Of a DNA stretch of 64,000 bases, positions 41,313-50,313 are shown in pieces. The DNA comes from Arcobacteraceae bacterium (GTDB taxonomy: Bacteria; Campylobacterota; Campylobacteria; Campylobacterales; Arcobacteraceae): the NCBI GenBank assembly GCA_048268245.1, contig JBLWVX010000006.1:1-64000 (forward strand), given 5' to 3'. A program made the position numbers and the translations under genes. The notes beneath the pieces were generated by a model. That model ran no database searches and was not told the DNA's origin. It saw nothing but the letters and a program-made list of their open reading frames with translations. Positions within the stretch are counted from its first letter, which is position 1; every line of letters starts with the position of its first letter.

Positions 41313-43407
41313 TTTCTTTTAACTCCTTTTCAAAAATTTCATCGTCACATTTTGGACAATATTCATGTTCACCATTTATATACCCATGTTTATTACAAAC
41401 TGAAAATACAGGAGTAACTGTAATATATGGCAATCTAAAGTTTGTAATTACACTTTTAATAAATTTCCTACAAGCTTCAGTTGAAGAGATTTTTTCTCTC
41501 ATGTATAAATGAAGTACTGTACCACCTGTATATTTACATTGAAGTTCATCCTGTAACTCTAAGGCTTCATAAGGATCATCAGTAAAATCAACAGGTAATT
41601 GAGATGAATTTGTATAGTAGACATTTTTTCCTATACCTGCTTGAATAATATCTTTATATCTTTTTTTATCTTCCTTAGCAAATCTATACGTAGTACCCTC
41701 AGCAGGTGTTGCTTCAAGGTTATATAAATTTCCTGTTTCTTCTTGGTAAGCAACAATTTTTTTTCTCATAAAGTCTAGTATCTCTATACAAAAAGCATTT
41801 CCAAGCTCTGAAGATAAATCTGTTTCATTATCAAAATAGTTTTTTACCATTTCATTCATACCATTTATTCCTATGGTTGAGAAGTGATTATTAAAACCTT
41901 TTAAGTACCTTTGTGTATAAGGGAATAAACCTCTTTCATATAAGTCTTGTATAAAAACTCTTTTTTTCTCTAGGGTTGCTTTTGATAAATCCATTAATTC
42001 TTCTAATCTATTGATTAAAGCATTAATATCATTTTTATATAAATATCCTAACCTTGCCATATTGATAGTTACTACACCAATGCTTCCTGTCATCTCAGCA
42101 CTTCCAAATAGTCCTCCCCCACGTTTGAGTAGTTCTCTTAAGTCAAGTTGTAATCTACAACACATAGATCTTACATGACCTGGTTTATAAGCATTTTCAT
42201 TTTCTATTAAATTACCATTTTCATCTTTTGTGTATTGACTACCAATGAAATTTTGAAAATATGAAGAACCAATTTTTGCACTATTTTCAAAAAGTAGATC
42301 TGTATTTTCTCCATACCAGTCAAAATCTTCTGTAATATTTACTGTAGGTATTGGAAAAGTGAAAGGTTGTCCTGTTTTATCACCCTCTGTCATTACTTCG
42401 TAATATGCCTTGTTAATCATATTCATTTCTTTTTGAAAATCTTTATATGTTAACTCTTCAAAACATAAGTATCCTTTTTGTTTTACTGTATTAAGTAAAT
42501 CAGAATCATTTAGGTTTTTAAATAAGTGGTTTTGATTTCTTGTTGGAATTTGATCTTTTAAATCACCTGGAACAACCCAATCTATAGTAATATTTGTAAA
42601 AGGACTTTGTCCCCAACGTGCGGGAACATTTAAATTATAGATAAAACTTCTTATGTGTTTTTTTACTTCACTAAATTCAAGTTTGTCTTTAAAGACATAA
42701 GGAGCTAAATATGTATCAAATGAAGAAAAGGCTTGTGCTCCAGCCCATTCACTTTGAAGTATTCCTAAAAAGTTTGCCATTTGTCCTAAAGCTTCTCTAA
42801 AATGATTTGGAGCAGTACTTTCAACCCTTCCTCTAACACCATTAAAACCTTCATCAAGTAAAGCTCTTAAACTCCATCCCGCACAATATCCACTAAGACA
42901 ATCTAAGTCATGAATATGATAATCCGCATTTCTATGGGCATATCCTTCTTCTTTAGAGTAAATTTTGTCTAACCAGTAGTTAGCAATTACTTTACCAGCA
43001 CTATTATTAATAAGTCCAGCATGGGAATATCCAGTGTTTGAATTGGCATTAATTCTCCAATCTGTTCCATCAATATATTCTTGAATAGTCTGAGTTGAAT
43101 TTATATATGTAGTATCTTTATCAAGTTGTAAAACTTGTTCCCTTTGTATTTTATGTAGATGTCTATATAACATAAAAGACTTCATTACTTCAAAATATCT
43201 AGCTTTATACAACTCTTTTTCTATAATATCTTGGACATCTTCTACTGTTATAACTCTTTTTTCATTTATTAAATCCAGGATATTAAAAAAAATAGCTTGA
43301 TCATACTTTGTATTTACACTTTTAAATGCTTTTTTTATTACATCTTCTATCTTAAATGACTCAAATTTTTCTTTTTTCCCATCTCGTTTTAAAATTTCTT
43401 CTATCAT
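41290..43407 (-). CDS. nrdD: Class III (anaerobic) ribonucleoside-triphosphate reductase, large part
   Basis: ATP-cone, HIHDLD, SMCCRL, EATPAEG, YYTNS, YTGG, C-terminal CNKH..CPKC. Confidence 0.93.
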   Translation of the reverse strand: MIEEILKRDGKKEKFESFKIEDVIKKAFKSVNTKYDQAIFFNILDLINEKRVITVEDVQDIIEKELYKARYFEVMKSFMLYRHLHKIQREQVLQLDKDTTYINSTQTIQEYIDGTDWRINANSNTGYSHAGLINNSAGKVIANYWLDKIYSKEEGYAHRNADYHIHDLDCLSGYCAGWSLRALLDEGFNGVRGRVESTAPNHFREALGQMANFLGILQSEWAGAQAFSSFDTYLAPYVFKDKLEFSEVKKHIRSFIYNLNVPARWGQSPFTNITIDWVVPGDLKDQIPTRNQNHLFKNLNDSDLLNTVKQKGYLCFEELTYKDFQKEMNMINKAYYEVMTEGDKTGQPFTFPIPTVNITEDFDWYGENTDLLFENSAKIGSSYFQNFIGSQYTKDENGNLIENENAYKPGHVRSMCCRLQLDLRELLKRGGGLFGSAEMTGSIGVVTINMARLGYLYKNDINALINRLEELMDLSKATLEKKRVFIQDLYERGLFPYTQRYLKGFNNHFSTIGINGMNEMVKNYFDNETDLSSELGNAFCIEILDFMRKKIVAYQEETGNLYNLEATPAEGTTYRFAKEDKKRYKDIIQAGIGKNVYYTNSSQLPVDFTDDPYEALELQDELQCKYTGGTVLHLYMREKISSTEACRKFIKSVITNFRLPYITVTPVFSVCNKHGYINGEHEYCPKCDDEIFEKELKENAKTRGA

Positions 43408-43607
43408 GTATCGTTCCTTGAAAATATTTGTTATTTTAAGGGATAATCTCTTAATTTGATATTATCAAAAAAGTCACAAAAGTGTCATTTTTAGGTGCTT
43501 TGAACTATTTAAAATATTCATAAATTAATATCTTTATTAAATTTAAGTTAATAATAATCCATAATTAAATAAAATGTTCCTTTTTATTAATTTACAGAGG
43601 AATTATT

Positions 43608-44534
43608 ATGAGACATTTCTTAACATTAGCAGACTATTCGAAAAAAGAGATTTTAGAAATTCTAGATTTAGCAAAACAAATCAAGGAAGAGACTAAAAGA
43701 AGAGAATTTAAAGACTATATGCCAAAACAAACTTTAGGTATGATTTTTGAAAAAAGTTCTACAAGAACTAGAGTTTCTTTTGAAACAGGAATCTACCAAT
43801 TAGGTGGTGTAGGATTATTTCTTTCATCAAATGATATTCAATTAGGTAGAGGTGAGCCAATGAGCGACACTTCAAGAGTAATATCTAGAATGGTTGATAT
43901 GGTAATGATTAGAACTTTTGAACAAAGTAAACTTGATGAGTTTGCAAAATATTCTAAAGTTCCTGTAATAAATGGACTTACAAATGAGTATCACCCTGTG
44001 CAACTTATGGCTGATTATATGACTATTCAAGAAGCAGGTCTTGATGAAAACTTAGTTGTTGCATATGTAGGTGATGGAAACAACTTAGCACACTCTTGGC
44101 TTAACTTAGCAGGAAAACTTGGTTTTGAACTTAGAATTGCAACACCAAAAGGTTATGAAGTAGATGAAAAGATTTTAGAAGAAGCATTAGAATTTGCAAA
44201 AGAATCAGGTGCAAAGATTACTATTGGTAATGATCCAAAAGAAGCATGTAAAGATGCGACAGTAATAACAACTGATACTTGGGTTTCTATGGGACAAGAG
44301 TCAGAGAAAGAGCAAAGAGTAAAAGAGTTTGATGGATACATTGTAGATGAAGCAATGATGCAATTAGGAGCTTCAAATGCAATTTTCTTACATTGTTTAC
44401 CAGCATACAGAGGTTATGAAGTAAGTGAAGAAGTTATTGAAGGTGATAGAAGTTTAGTTTTTGAAGAAGCTGAAAACAGATTACATGCTCAAAAAGGTGT
44501 AATGGTTTGGTTAGATAAACAAAGAAATGCCTAA
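43608..44534 (+). CDS. argF: Ornithine carbamoyltransferase
   Basis: SSTRTR, HPVQ, WVSMG, HCLP. Confidence 0.95.
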   Translation: MRHFLTLADYSKKEILEILDLAKQIKEETKRREFKDYMPKQTLGMIFEKSSTRTRVSFETGIYQLGGVGLFLSSNDIQLGRGEPMSDTSRVISRMVDMVMIRTFEQSKLDEFAKYSKVPVINGLTNEYHPVQLMADYMTIQEAGLDENLVVAYVGDGNNLAHSWLNLAGKLGFELRIATPKGYEVDEKILEEALEFAKESGAKITIGNDPKEACKDATVITTDTWVSMGQESEKEQRVKEFDGYIVDEAMMQLGASNAIFLHCLPAYRGYEVSEEVIEGDRSLVFEEAENRLHAQKGVMVWLDKQRNA

Positions 44535-45901
44535 TGATAGATTTTAGCAAATTTAAAAAGTATTCAAGACCTGGACCTAGATATACTTCATATCCTACGG
44601 CTCCTGAGTTTAGTGAGCAGTTTACACAAGATGATTTAAAAGAGTATTATTCTAATCAAAGTGATGAAAGAGCACTATCTTTATATATACATATGCCATT
44701 TTGTAGAAGTGCTTGTTATTTTTGTGGATGTAATACTATTTTTACATCTAAAGAGGATAAAAAAGTAAGATATATTCAGTACTTAAAAAAAGAACTTAAT
44801 ATCTTAAAGAATCACCTAAATACTAAAAGAGAAGTAACTCAAATGCACTTTGGAGGAGGAACTCCTACTTTTTTCTCTCCTTCTCAACTTGAAGAAGTAA
44901 TAAAAGCAGTAAAAGAGGTATTTCCAAATTTTTCAGTTGATGCAGAAGTTTCTTGTGAAGTGGATCCAAGATTTTTTACACAAGAGCACATGGATGTACT
45001 AAAAGCTGGTGGGTGTAATAGATTAAGTTTTGGAGTACAAGACTTAGATGAAACTGTTCAAAAAACGATTCATAGAATTCAACCTTTTGAATTAACACAA
45101 AATGTAATTAAAATTGCAAGAGAAGCTGGAATTCATTCTGTTAATACAGATTTAATTTATGGGCTTCCTCATCAAACAAGAAAAAGCTTTAAGAAAACTT
45201 TAGAAAAGATGATTACTTTAGATACTGATAGATTTGCAGTATTTAATTATGCACATGTTCCTTGGCTTATGAAAACTATGAGAAAGTTTGATGAAACAAC
45301 TTTCCCTCAACCTGAAGAAAAACTTGAAATGTTAAAAGATACAATTGATTTCTTTACATCAAATGGTTATAAAATGGTTGGTATGGATCACTTCGCAAAA
45401 CCTGAAGATGAACTATTTAAAGCTATTGAAAAAGGTGAATTACATAGAAATTTCCAAGGATATACAACAAAAGGTGGAGCTGATTTAATTGGAATTGGAT
45501 TAACATCTATTGGAAATGGAGTTGATTACTACTCTCAGAACTTTAAAGATATTCCATCTTATGAACAAGCTTTAGATAATGGTGATTTACCTGTATTTAA
45601 AGGTTATAGATTATCAGATGATGATCAATTAAGACAATTCGTAATTATGGAGCTTATGAGTAATTTCTCTTTAAATATCAAAAGAGTCGAAGAAGAGTTC
45701 AATGTTAATTTTAATGAGTATTTTAGTGATGCAATTGAAGCTTTACAAGAGTTTGTTCAAGCACAGCTTGTAGAAATCACTGATGAAAAAATTCAAGTAA
45801 GCCAAACAGGAACAATGTTAATTAGAAATATTTGTATGCCTTTTGATGCTTATTTAAATAAAATACCAGAAGATAAAAGAAGATTCTCAAAAACTATTTA
45901 G
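44534..45901 (+). CDS. hemN: Oxygen-independent coproporphyrinogen III oxidase
   Basis: PGPRYTSYP, CRSACYFCGC, HRNFQGY. Confidence 0.95.
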   Translation: MIDFSKFKKYSRPGPRYTSYPTAPEFSEQFTQDDLKEYYSNQSDERALSLYIHMPFCRSACYFCGCNTIFTSKEDKKVRYIQYLKKELNILKNHLNTKREVTQMHFGGGTPTFFSPSQLEEVIKAVKEVFPNFSVDAEVSCEVDPRFFTQEHMDVLKAGGCNRLSFGVQDLDETVQKTIHRIQPFELTQNVIKIAREAGIHSVNTDLIYGLPHQTRKSFKKTLEKMITLDTDRFAVFNYAHVPWLMKTMRKFDETTFPQPEEKLEMLKDTIDFFTSNGYKMVGMDHFAKPEDELFKAIEKGELHRNFQGYTTKGGADLIGIGLTSIGNGVDYYSQNFKDIPSYEQALDNGDLPVFKGYRLSDDDQLRQFVIMELMSNFSLNIKRVEEEFNVNFNEYFSDAIEALQEFVQAQLVEITDEKIQVSQTGTMLIRNICMPFDAYLNKIPEDKRRFSKTI

Positions 45902-45909
45902 TTTTTGAA

Positions 45910-46650
45910 TCACTCATAAGGGTAGTCTGTAAAGACTCCCTTAACTCCTATTTTAAATAATTCATCTATAATTTTTTTATCATTTACTGTATAAACTAAA
46001 GTTTCAATCCCTTCTTTTCTTAGTTCTATAATAAGTTCTTCTTTTACTAACTCTTTATTTATATTATATGTTTGGGCATTTAAGTCTTTTAGATATGAAA
46101 GAATATTTTTTCTTTTTATATCTTCATCAAGTACAGCAATTGCATATTTTTTATTATACTTATTGATAAGTTTTAAATATTTGTGATTAAAAGATGAAAA
46201 AAGTACATATTTAGTACAATTATATTTCTCAATAAGATTTATTATAATATCAATTGCTTCATTTTTATTAGTATTTTTTGACATTTGTTTTATTTCTAGA
46301 TTAAAATAAATTTCTTTTTTTTTAGCAATTCCTAAAAACTCTTCAAGCGTTGAGATGTTAGTGCCTTTAATATCTAGTTTTTCTATTTCATTGTAATTGA
46401 AATCTTTTATATACCAAGGCTTTAAATCTTTATAATTTTGATACATGTGTATATCAGACATTCTTTCTAATGTTTCGTCATGATGAATAATTGGCGTATA
46501 ATCTTTAGTAAATTGAATATCAAGTTCAATAAAATCACTATTTTTAGAAGAGTTTATTAGTGCTTCTAATGAGTTTTCAACATAAAAGTTTCGGAAGCCT
46601 CTATGAGCAATTATTAAATTTTTATTTTTAAAGTTTTCTAAAAAGTTCAT
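45910..46650 (-). CDS. Glycerophosphodiester phosphodiesterase
   Basis: IAHRG, ENS, ELDI, HHD, LEIK, YTVN, TDYP. Confidence 0.9.
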   Translation of the reverse strand: MNFLENFKNKNLIIAHRGFRNFYVENSLEALINSSKNSDFIELDIQFTKDYTPIIHHDETLERMSDIHMYQNYKDLKPWYIKDFNYNEIEKLDIKGTNISTLEEFLGIAKKKEIYFNLEIKQMSKNTNKNEAIDIIINLIEKYNCTKYVLFSSFNHKYLKLINKYNKKYAIAVLDEDIKRKNILSYLKDLNAQTYNINKELVKEELIIELRKEGIETLVYTVNDKKIIDELFKIGVKGVFTDYPYE

Positions 46651-46864
46651 GTAAAACTCCTAATATTTCTTATTTAGATTATCAAATATATAGTTAATTT
46701 TTTATGAGAATTATCAAAATTTTAGTTAAAAAAACACACTTCAATAAAGTATTATAAATGCGACGTTGGCGCTACTATTTATGTACTCTTAACACTATTT
46801 ATTGTATATTGCAAAGCTTATTATATTAAATATTATAAATTTTAAATCAAATAAGGTAATAGAA

Positions 46865-48166
46865 GTGTCAAAAATTAATAAATTTAATTATAACGCAATC
46901 GCAGACGATTGTGTTAAATGTGGTAAATGTAAACCTGTTTGTACTATTTTTAATATTAACCAAGATGAAACAACAAGTCCAAGAGGATTTATTGATTTAT
47001 TAGGTGCATATGAAGATGGTAATTTAGAACTTGATCAAAATGCAAAAGATATTTTTGAATCATGTTTTTTATGTACAAACTGTGTTGAGGCCTGTCCTAA
47101 TGATTTACCTACGGATATGGTGATTGAACAAGTAAGAAGTGATATTGCGAAAAAGTATGGTATTGCATGGTATAAAAGATTTTTCTTTTATCTTTTAAGA
47201 CATAGAAAAACAATGGACTTATTATCATCTTTAGGATGGATGTTCCAAACATGTGCTTTAAAAATAGATAAAGCAAAGCAGTCTGCACTTCCTAGATTCT
47301 CACTTCCAATCGTAAAGAAAGATAGAGCTTTACCTTTTGCAGATATGAGAAGTTTTTTGAGAAAATATCCAGAGAATATTTTTGCAAAGCATAAAAAACA
47401 AGAAGATAACAAAAAAGGAAAAGTTGCAATCTTTATTGGATGTATGAGTAACTATACTTATACAAATACAGGTGATTCTTTAGTTAAAATTTTAAAGAAA
47501 CTCGAACTTGATATATTTATACCAAAAAAACAAAAGTGTTGTGGTGCCCCTGCTTATTTTACAGGAGCCTTTGATACAGTTGATTATTTAACTAAATATA
47601 ATATTGAGTATTTTGAATCATGGATTGATGAAGTAGATGCTATTATTATCCCAGAAGCTACGTGTTCTGCTATGATTAATCAAGATTGGGAACATTATTT
47701 ACATGACCAACCTGAATGGAAAGCAAGAGCACAAAAAATATCTAAAAAAGTATTTATGGCTACTAAGTGGTTAGAAAACAATACAGAACTTAAATATATG
47801 CTTGCTAAATCTGACAAAAAAATGGAAGATGTTGTAACTTATCATGATCCTTGTCATGCTAAAAAAATGCAAGGTGTTTGGCAAGAACCAAGAACACTAT
47901 TAAAGCAAAATTATGTTTTAACTGAAATGAGTGATTCTAATAGATGTTGTGGATTTGGTGGAGTTACTATGCAAACTGAAAAGTATGAGTTTGCAAAAGC
48001 AGCAGGTGCTCCAAAAGCAGCAATGATTAAAGACACAAAAGCCAAAATAGTAAGTGCTGAATGTAGTGCATGTAGAATGCAAATAACAAACTCTTTACAT
48101 CAAGCAGATGTACAAGAAGTAGTATTTAAAAACCCTATTGAATTAATAGCTGAGGCATTGGACTAA
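46865..48166 (+). CDS. GlcF-like Fe-S oxidoreductase (two 4Fe-4S motifs plus two CCG domains)
   Basis: CVKCGKCKPVC, CFLCTNCVEACP, CCG twice, YHDPCH. Start likely GTG 46865 after AAGG. Confidence 0.85.
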   Translation: MSKINKFNYNAIADDCVKCGKCKPVCTIFNINQDETTSPRGFIDLLGAYEDGNLELDQNAKDIFESCFLCTNCVEACPNDLPTDMVIEQVRSDIAKKYGIAWYKRFFFYLLRHRKTMDLLSSLGWMFQTCALKIDKAKQSALPRFSLPIVKKDRALPFADMRSFLRKYPENIFAKHKKQEDNKKGKVAIFIGCMSNYTYTNTGDSLVKILKKLELDIFIPKKQKCCGAPAYFTGAFDTVDYLTKYNIEYFESWIDEVDAIIIPEATCSAMINQDWEHYLHDQPEWKARAQKISKKVFMATKWLENNTELKYMLAKSDKKMEDVVTYHDPCHAKKMQGVWQEPRTLLKQNYVLTEMSDSNRCCGFGGVTMQTEKYEFAKAAGAPKAAMIKDTKAKIVSAECSACRMQITNSLHQADVQEVVFKNPIELIAEALD

Positions 48167-48168
48167 TA

Positions 48169-48990
48169 ATGCAAGAATGGCAAAATATCTACTCAAATTT
48201 TGATCCCATAGCATTTAATGTTGCGGGAATTTCTGTACACTGGTATGGAATAATGTATGCTCTTGCCCTACTTTCAGCTATTTTTGTAGCTAAGTGGTTT
48301 ATAAAAAAAGATAAACTTCCAATTTCAAATGATCTTTTTGATTCATATATTTGGTGGGTAGAAATAGGTGTTATTTTAGGAGCAAGATTAGGATACATTC
48401 TATTTTATGATCCTAATACTTCATATTACTTAACTAACCCATGGCAAATATTTAATCCTTTTACTAATGGAGAATTTGTTGGAATTGCTGGTATGAGTTA
48501 TCATGGAGCATTTATAGGATTTATTATTGCTTCATATTTATTTACAAGAAGAAATAAAGTTTCTTTTTGGTTTTTAGCTGATATTTCAGTTTTAGGTATC
48601 TCTGCAGCTTATGTTTTTGGAAGAATCGGAAACTTTGTAAATCAAGAATTAGTAGGAAGAGTTACTGATGTTTCTTGGGGTATTTATGTTGATGGCGTTT
48701 TAAGACATCCTTCTCAATTATATGAGGCATTTTTAGAGGGAATTGTTGTATTTGCTATTTTAGTTTATTTTAGAAAAAGAAAAACATTTGATGGACAATT
48801 AGCACTAATGTATGGAATTCTTTATTCTATTATGAGAATAATAGCAGAACTTTATAGACAACCAGATATTCAATTAGGCTTCATCTATAGCAATTGGCTT
48901 ACTATGGGGATGCTTATTTCAGGGTTATTTACACTGATTTGTATAGTTATTTATGTAGTTTTAAAAAGAGACAATTTAAGTATTAAATAA
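48169..48990 (+). CDS. lgt: Prolipoprotein diacylglyceryl transferase
   Basis: HWYG, GMSYHG, GRIGNF, RHPSQLYE. Confidence 0.96.
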   Translation: MQEWQNIYSNFDPIAFNVAGISVHWYGIMYALALLSAIFVAKWFIKKDKLPISNDLFDSYIWWVEIGVILGARLGYILFYDPNTSYYLTNPWQIFNPFTNGEFVGIAGMSYHGAFIGFIIASYLFTRRNKVSFWFLADISVLGISAAYVFGRIGNFVNQELVGRVTDVSWGIYVDGVLRHPSQLYEAFLEGIVVFAILVYFRKRKTFDGQLALMYGILYSIMRIIAELYRQPDIQLGFIYSNWLTMGMLISGLFTLICIVIYVVLKRDNLSIK

Positions 48991-49008
48991 AAATAGAAGA
49001 GAATAGTT

Positions 49009-49272
49009 TTAACTATTCTCTTCTATATAACCGCTTTCTATAGCTAGCTCATCTATTTTCTTCTTTAATAAATCCAATCTCCATCCATGTCTATTAGCAA
49101 AATTTTCTATTTCAGCTTCTCTTTGTTCTGGTGTACAAAATACAAATATTCTTTTTAAGAATGGTTTTGGAATTTGTATAGCTATTAATTGAAAATAGTT
49201 CTCTTTACAGCTTCTTGAACAAAAAGCTTTGCTCATAGCAATTTTCTTTTTGCAGTATGGACAATGCGACAT
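49009..49272 (-). CDS. Small Zn-ribbon hypothetical protein
   Basis: HCPYC...FCSRSC. Confidence 0.8.
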   Translation of the reverse strand: MSHCPYCKKKIAMSKAFCSRSCKENYFQLIAIQIPKPFLKRIFVFCTPEQREAEIENFANRHGWRLDLLKKKIDELAIESGYIEENS

Positions 49273-49469
49273 TATTTATTACCTTTTTGAATTAATTTGT
49301 AGAACTTTGCCTTGGTGACATCTTGTAAGAATTTGGGGTCAACTTCATGTAAAGCTATAATATCCACTTCCTTATCTTCCATAAGCCAGCCTTTTCCTGT
49401 ATCTTTAATGGTTTCTTCCTCGAAAAGTTTAATTAACTCTTCTTTCGATACTATAAGTTCTTCATGCAT
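49272..49469 (-). CDS. Small hypothetical protein
   Basis: Translationally coupled (TAATG) to the Zn-ribbon gene. Confidence 0.7.
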   Translation of the reverse strand: MHEELIVSKEELIKLFEEETIKDTGKGWLMEDKEVDIIALHEVDPKFLQDVTKAKFYKLIQKGNK

Positions 49470-49507
49470 ATTATAACTTTTTTATTAACGTTTGTAAATA
49501 GATAATC

Positions 49508-50209
49508 TTATTTTTTAAGATTATCTATAGTATAACCTTTGTTAGAATGATTTTTTACTATTTCATAATAAGTTTTTTGTCTAACTTTATTTACAATATT
49601 TCTCATAGTGTAAATAGACATATCTTTACCTTTCCAAACAACCTCTTTAATCATATCATAATCAACGATTTCGTTTCTTTTTGCAATTAAAAGTTTTAAG
49701 AAAGATTTTTCAAGTCTAGTAAATTCAATTAGAACTCCACCAGCTTTAAAGAATTGGTCTCTGTATTCATCAAAATAAATACCATGATCAAATTCTATTT
49801 TATCCCCTCTTTTTGTTTGGTTAAGACACATAATAACTGCAAGTTTAATATCTTTAGCTCTTAAAGGCTTAGATAAAAAAGTATATGCACCATTATTTAT
49901 AGCTGTAACTATGTTTTCATTTTCATCAGAATCTGAAATTACAATCTTTGGTAAAGTAGGTGCAACTTCTGATAACTCAGTACAAAGTTCAGAGAAAGAT
50001 ACACCTTCAATATTAGTATCAACAACAGCCATATCATAAGTACTTGAAGTAGCTAACTTTATAGCATCAACTAAATTTTTTGCAATTTTCAATTCTTTGA
50101 AATATTCATCAAATTCATTTTCTATAGTCTGATGTACATTTTCATCAGCACTAATAAAAAGTAACTTAGCGTTGTATAGTTTTCTTATATTTCTTACTGT
50201 CTTTAACAT
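49508..50209 (-). CDS. Atypical OmpR-like response regulator
   Basis: Receiver-like domain with a weak acidic pocket (ISADEN), KP retained, winged-helix C-terminus. Confidence 0.8.
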   Translation of the reverse strand: MLKTVRNIRKLYNAKLLFISADENVHQTIENEFDEYFKELKIAKNLVDAIKLATSSTYDMAVVDTNIEGVSFSELCTELSEVAPTLPKIVISDSDENENIVTAINNGAYTFLSKPLRAKDIKLAVIMCLNQTKRGDKIEFDHGIYFDEYRDQFFKAGGVLIEFTRLEKSFLKLLIAKRNEIVDYDMIKEVVWKGKDMSIYTMRNIVNKVRQKTYYEIVKNHSNKGYTIDNLKK

Positions 50210-50313
50210 GTTATTACTCTTTATGTATTAATTTTCAACATAATAATAACAAATATTTCTTTATATGTCAAAATAAAAGTTATAAAATGTGTTAAATTAA
50301 GTAAGAATTAAGA

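Noticed and set aside
43457..43469. TTGAT-ATT-ATCAA as an FNR box upstream of nrdD
   Set aside because: The spacer is 3 nt rather than the 4 nt of TTGAT-N4-ATCAA, and such palindromes arise easily in AT-rich DNA.
46651..46864. Intergenic GC-richer patch (ATGCGACGTTGGCGCTAC) and a 17-codon ORF
   Set aside because: No convincing stem, RBS or known motif; too little support.
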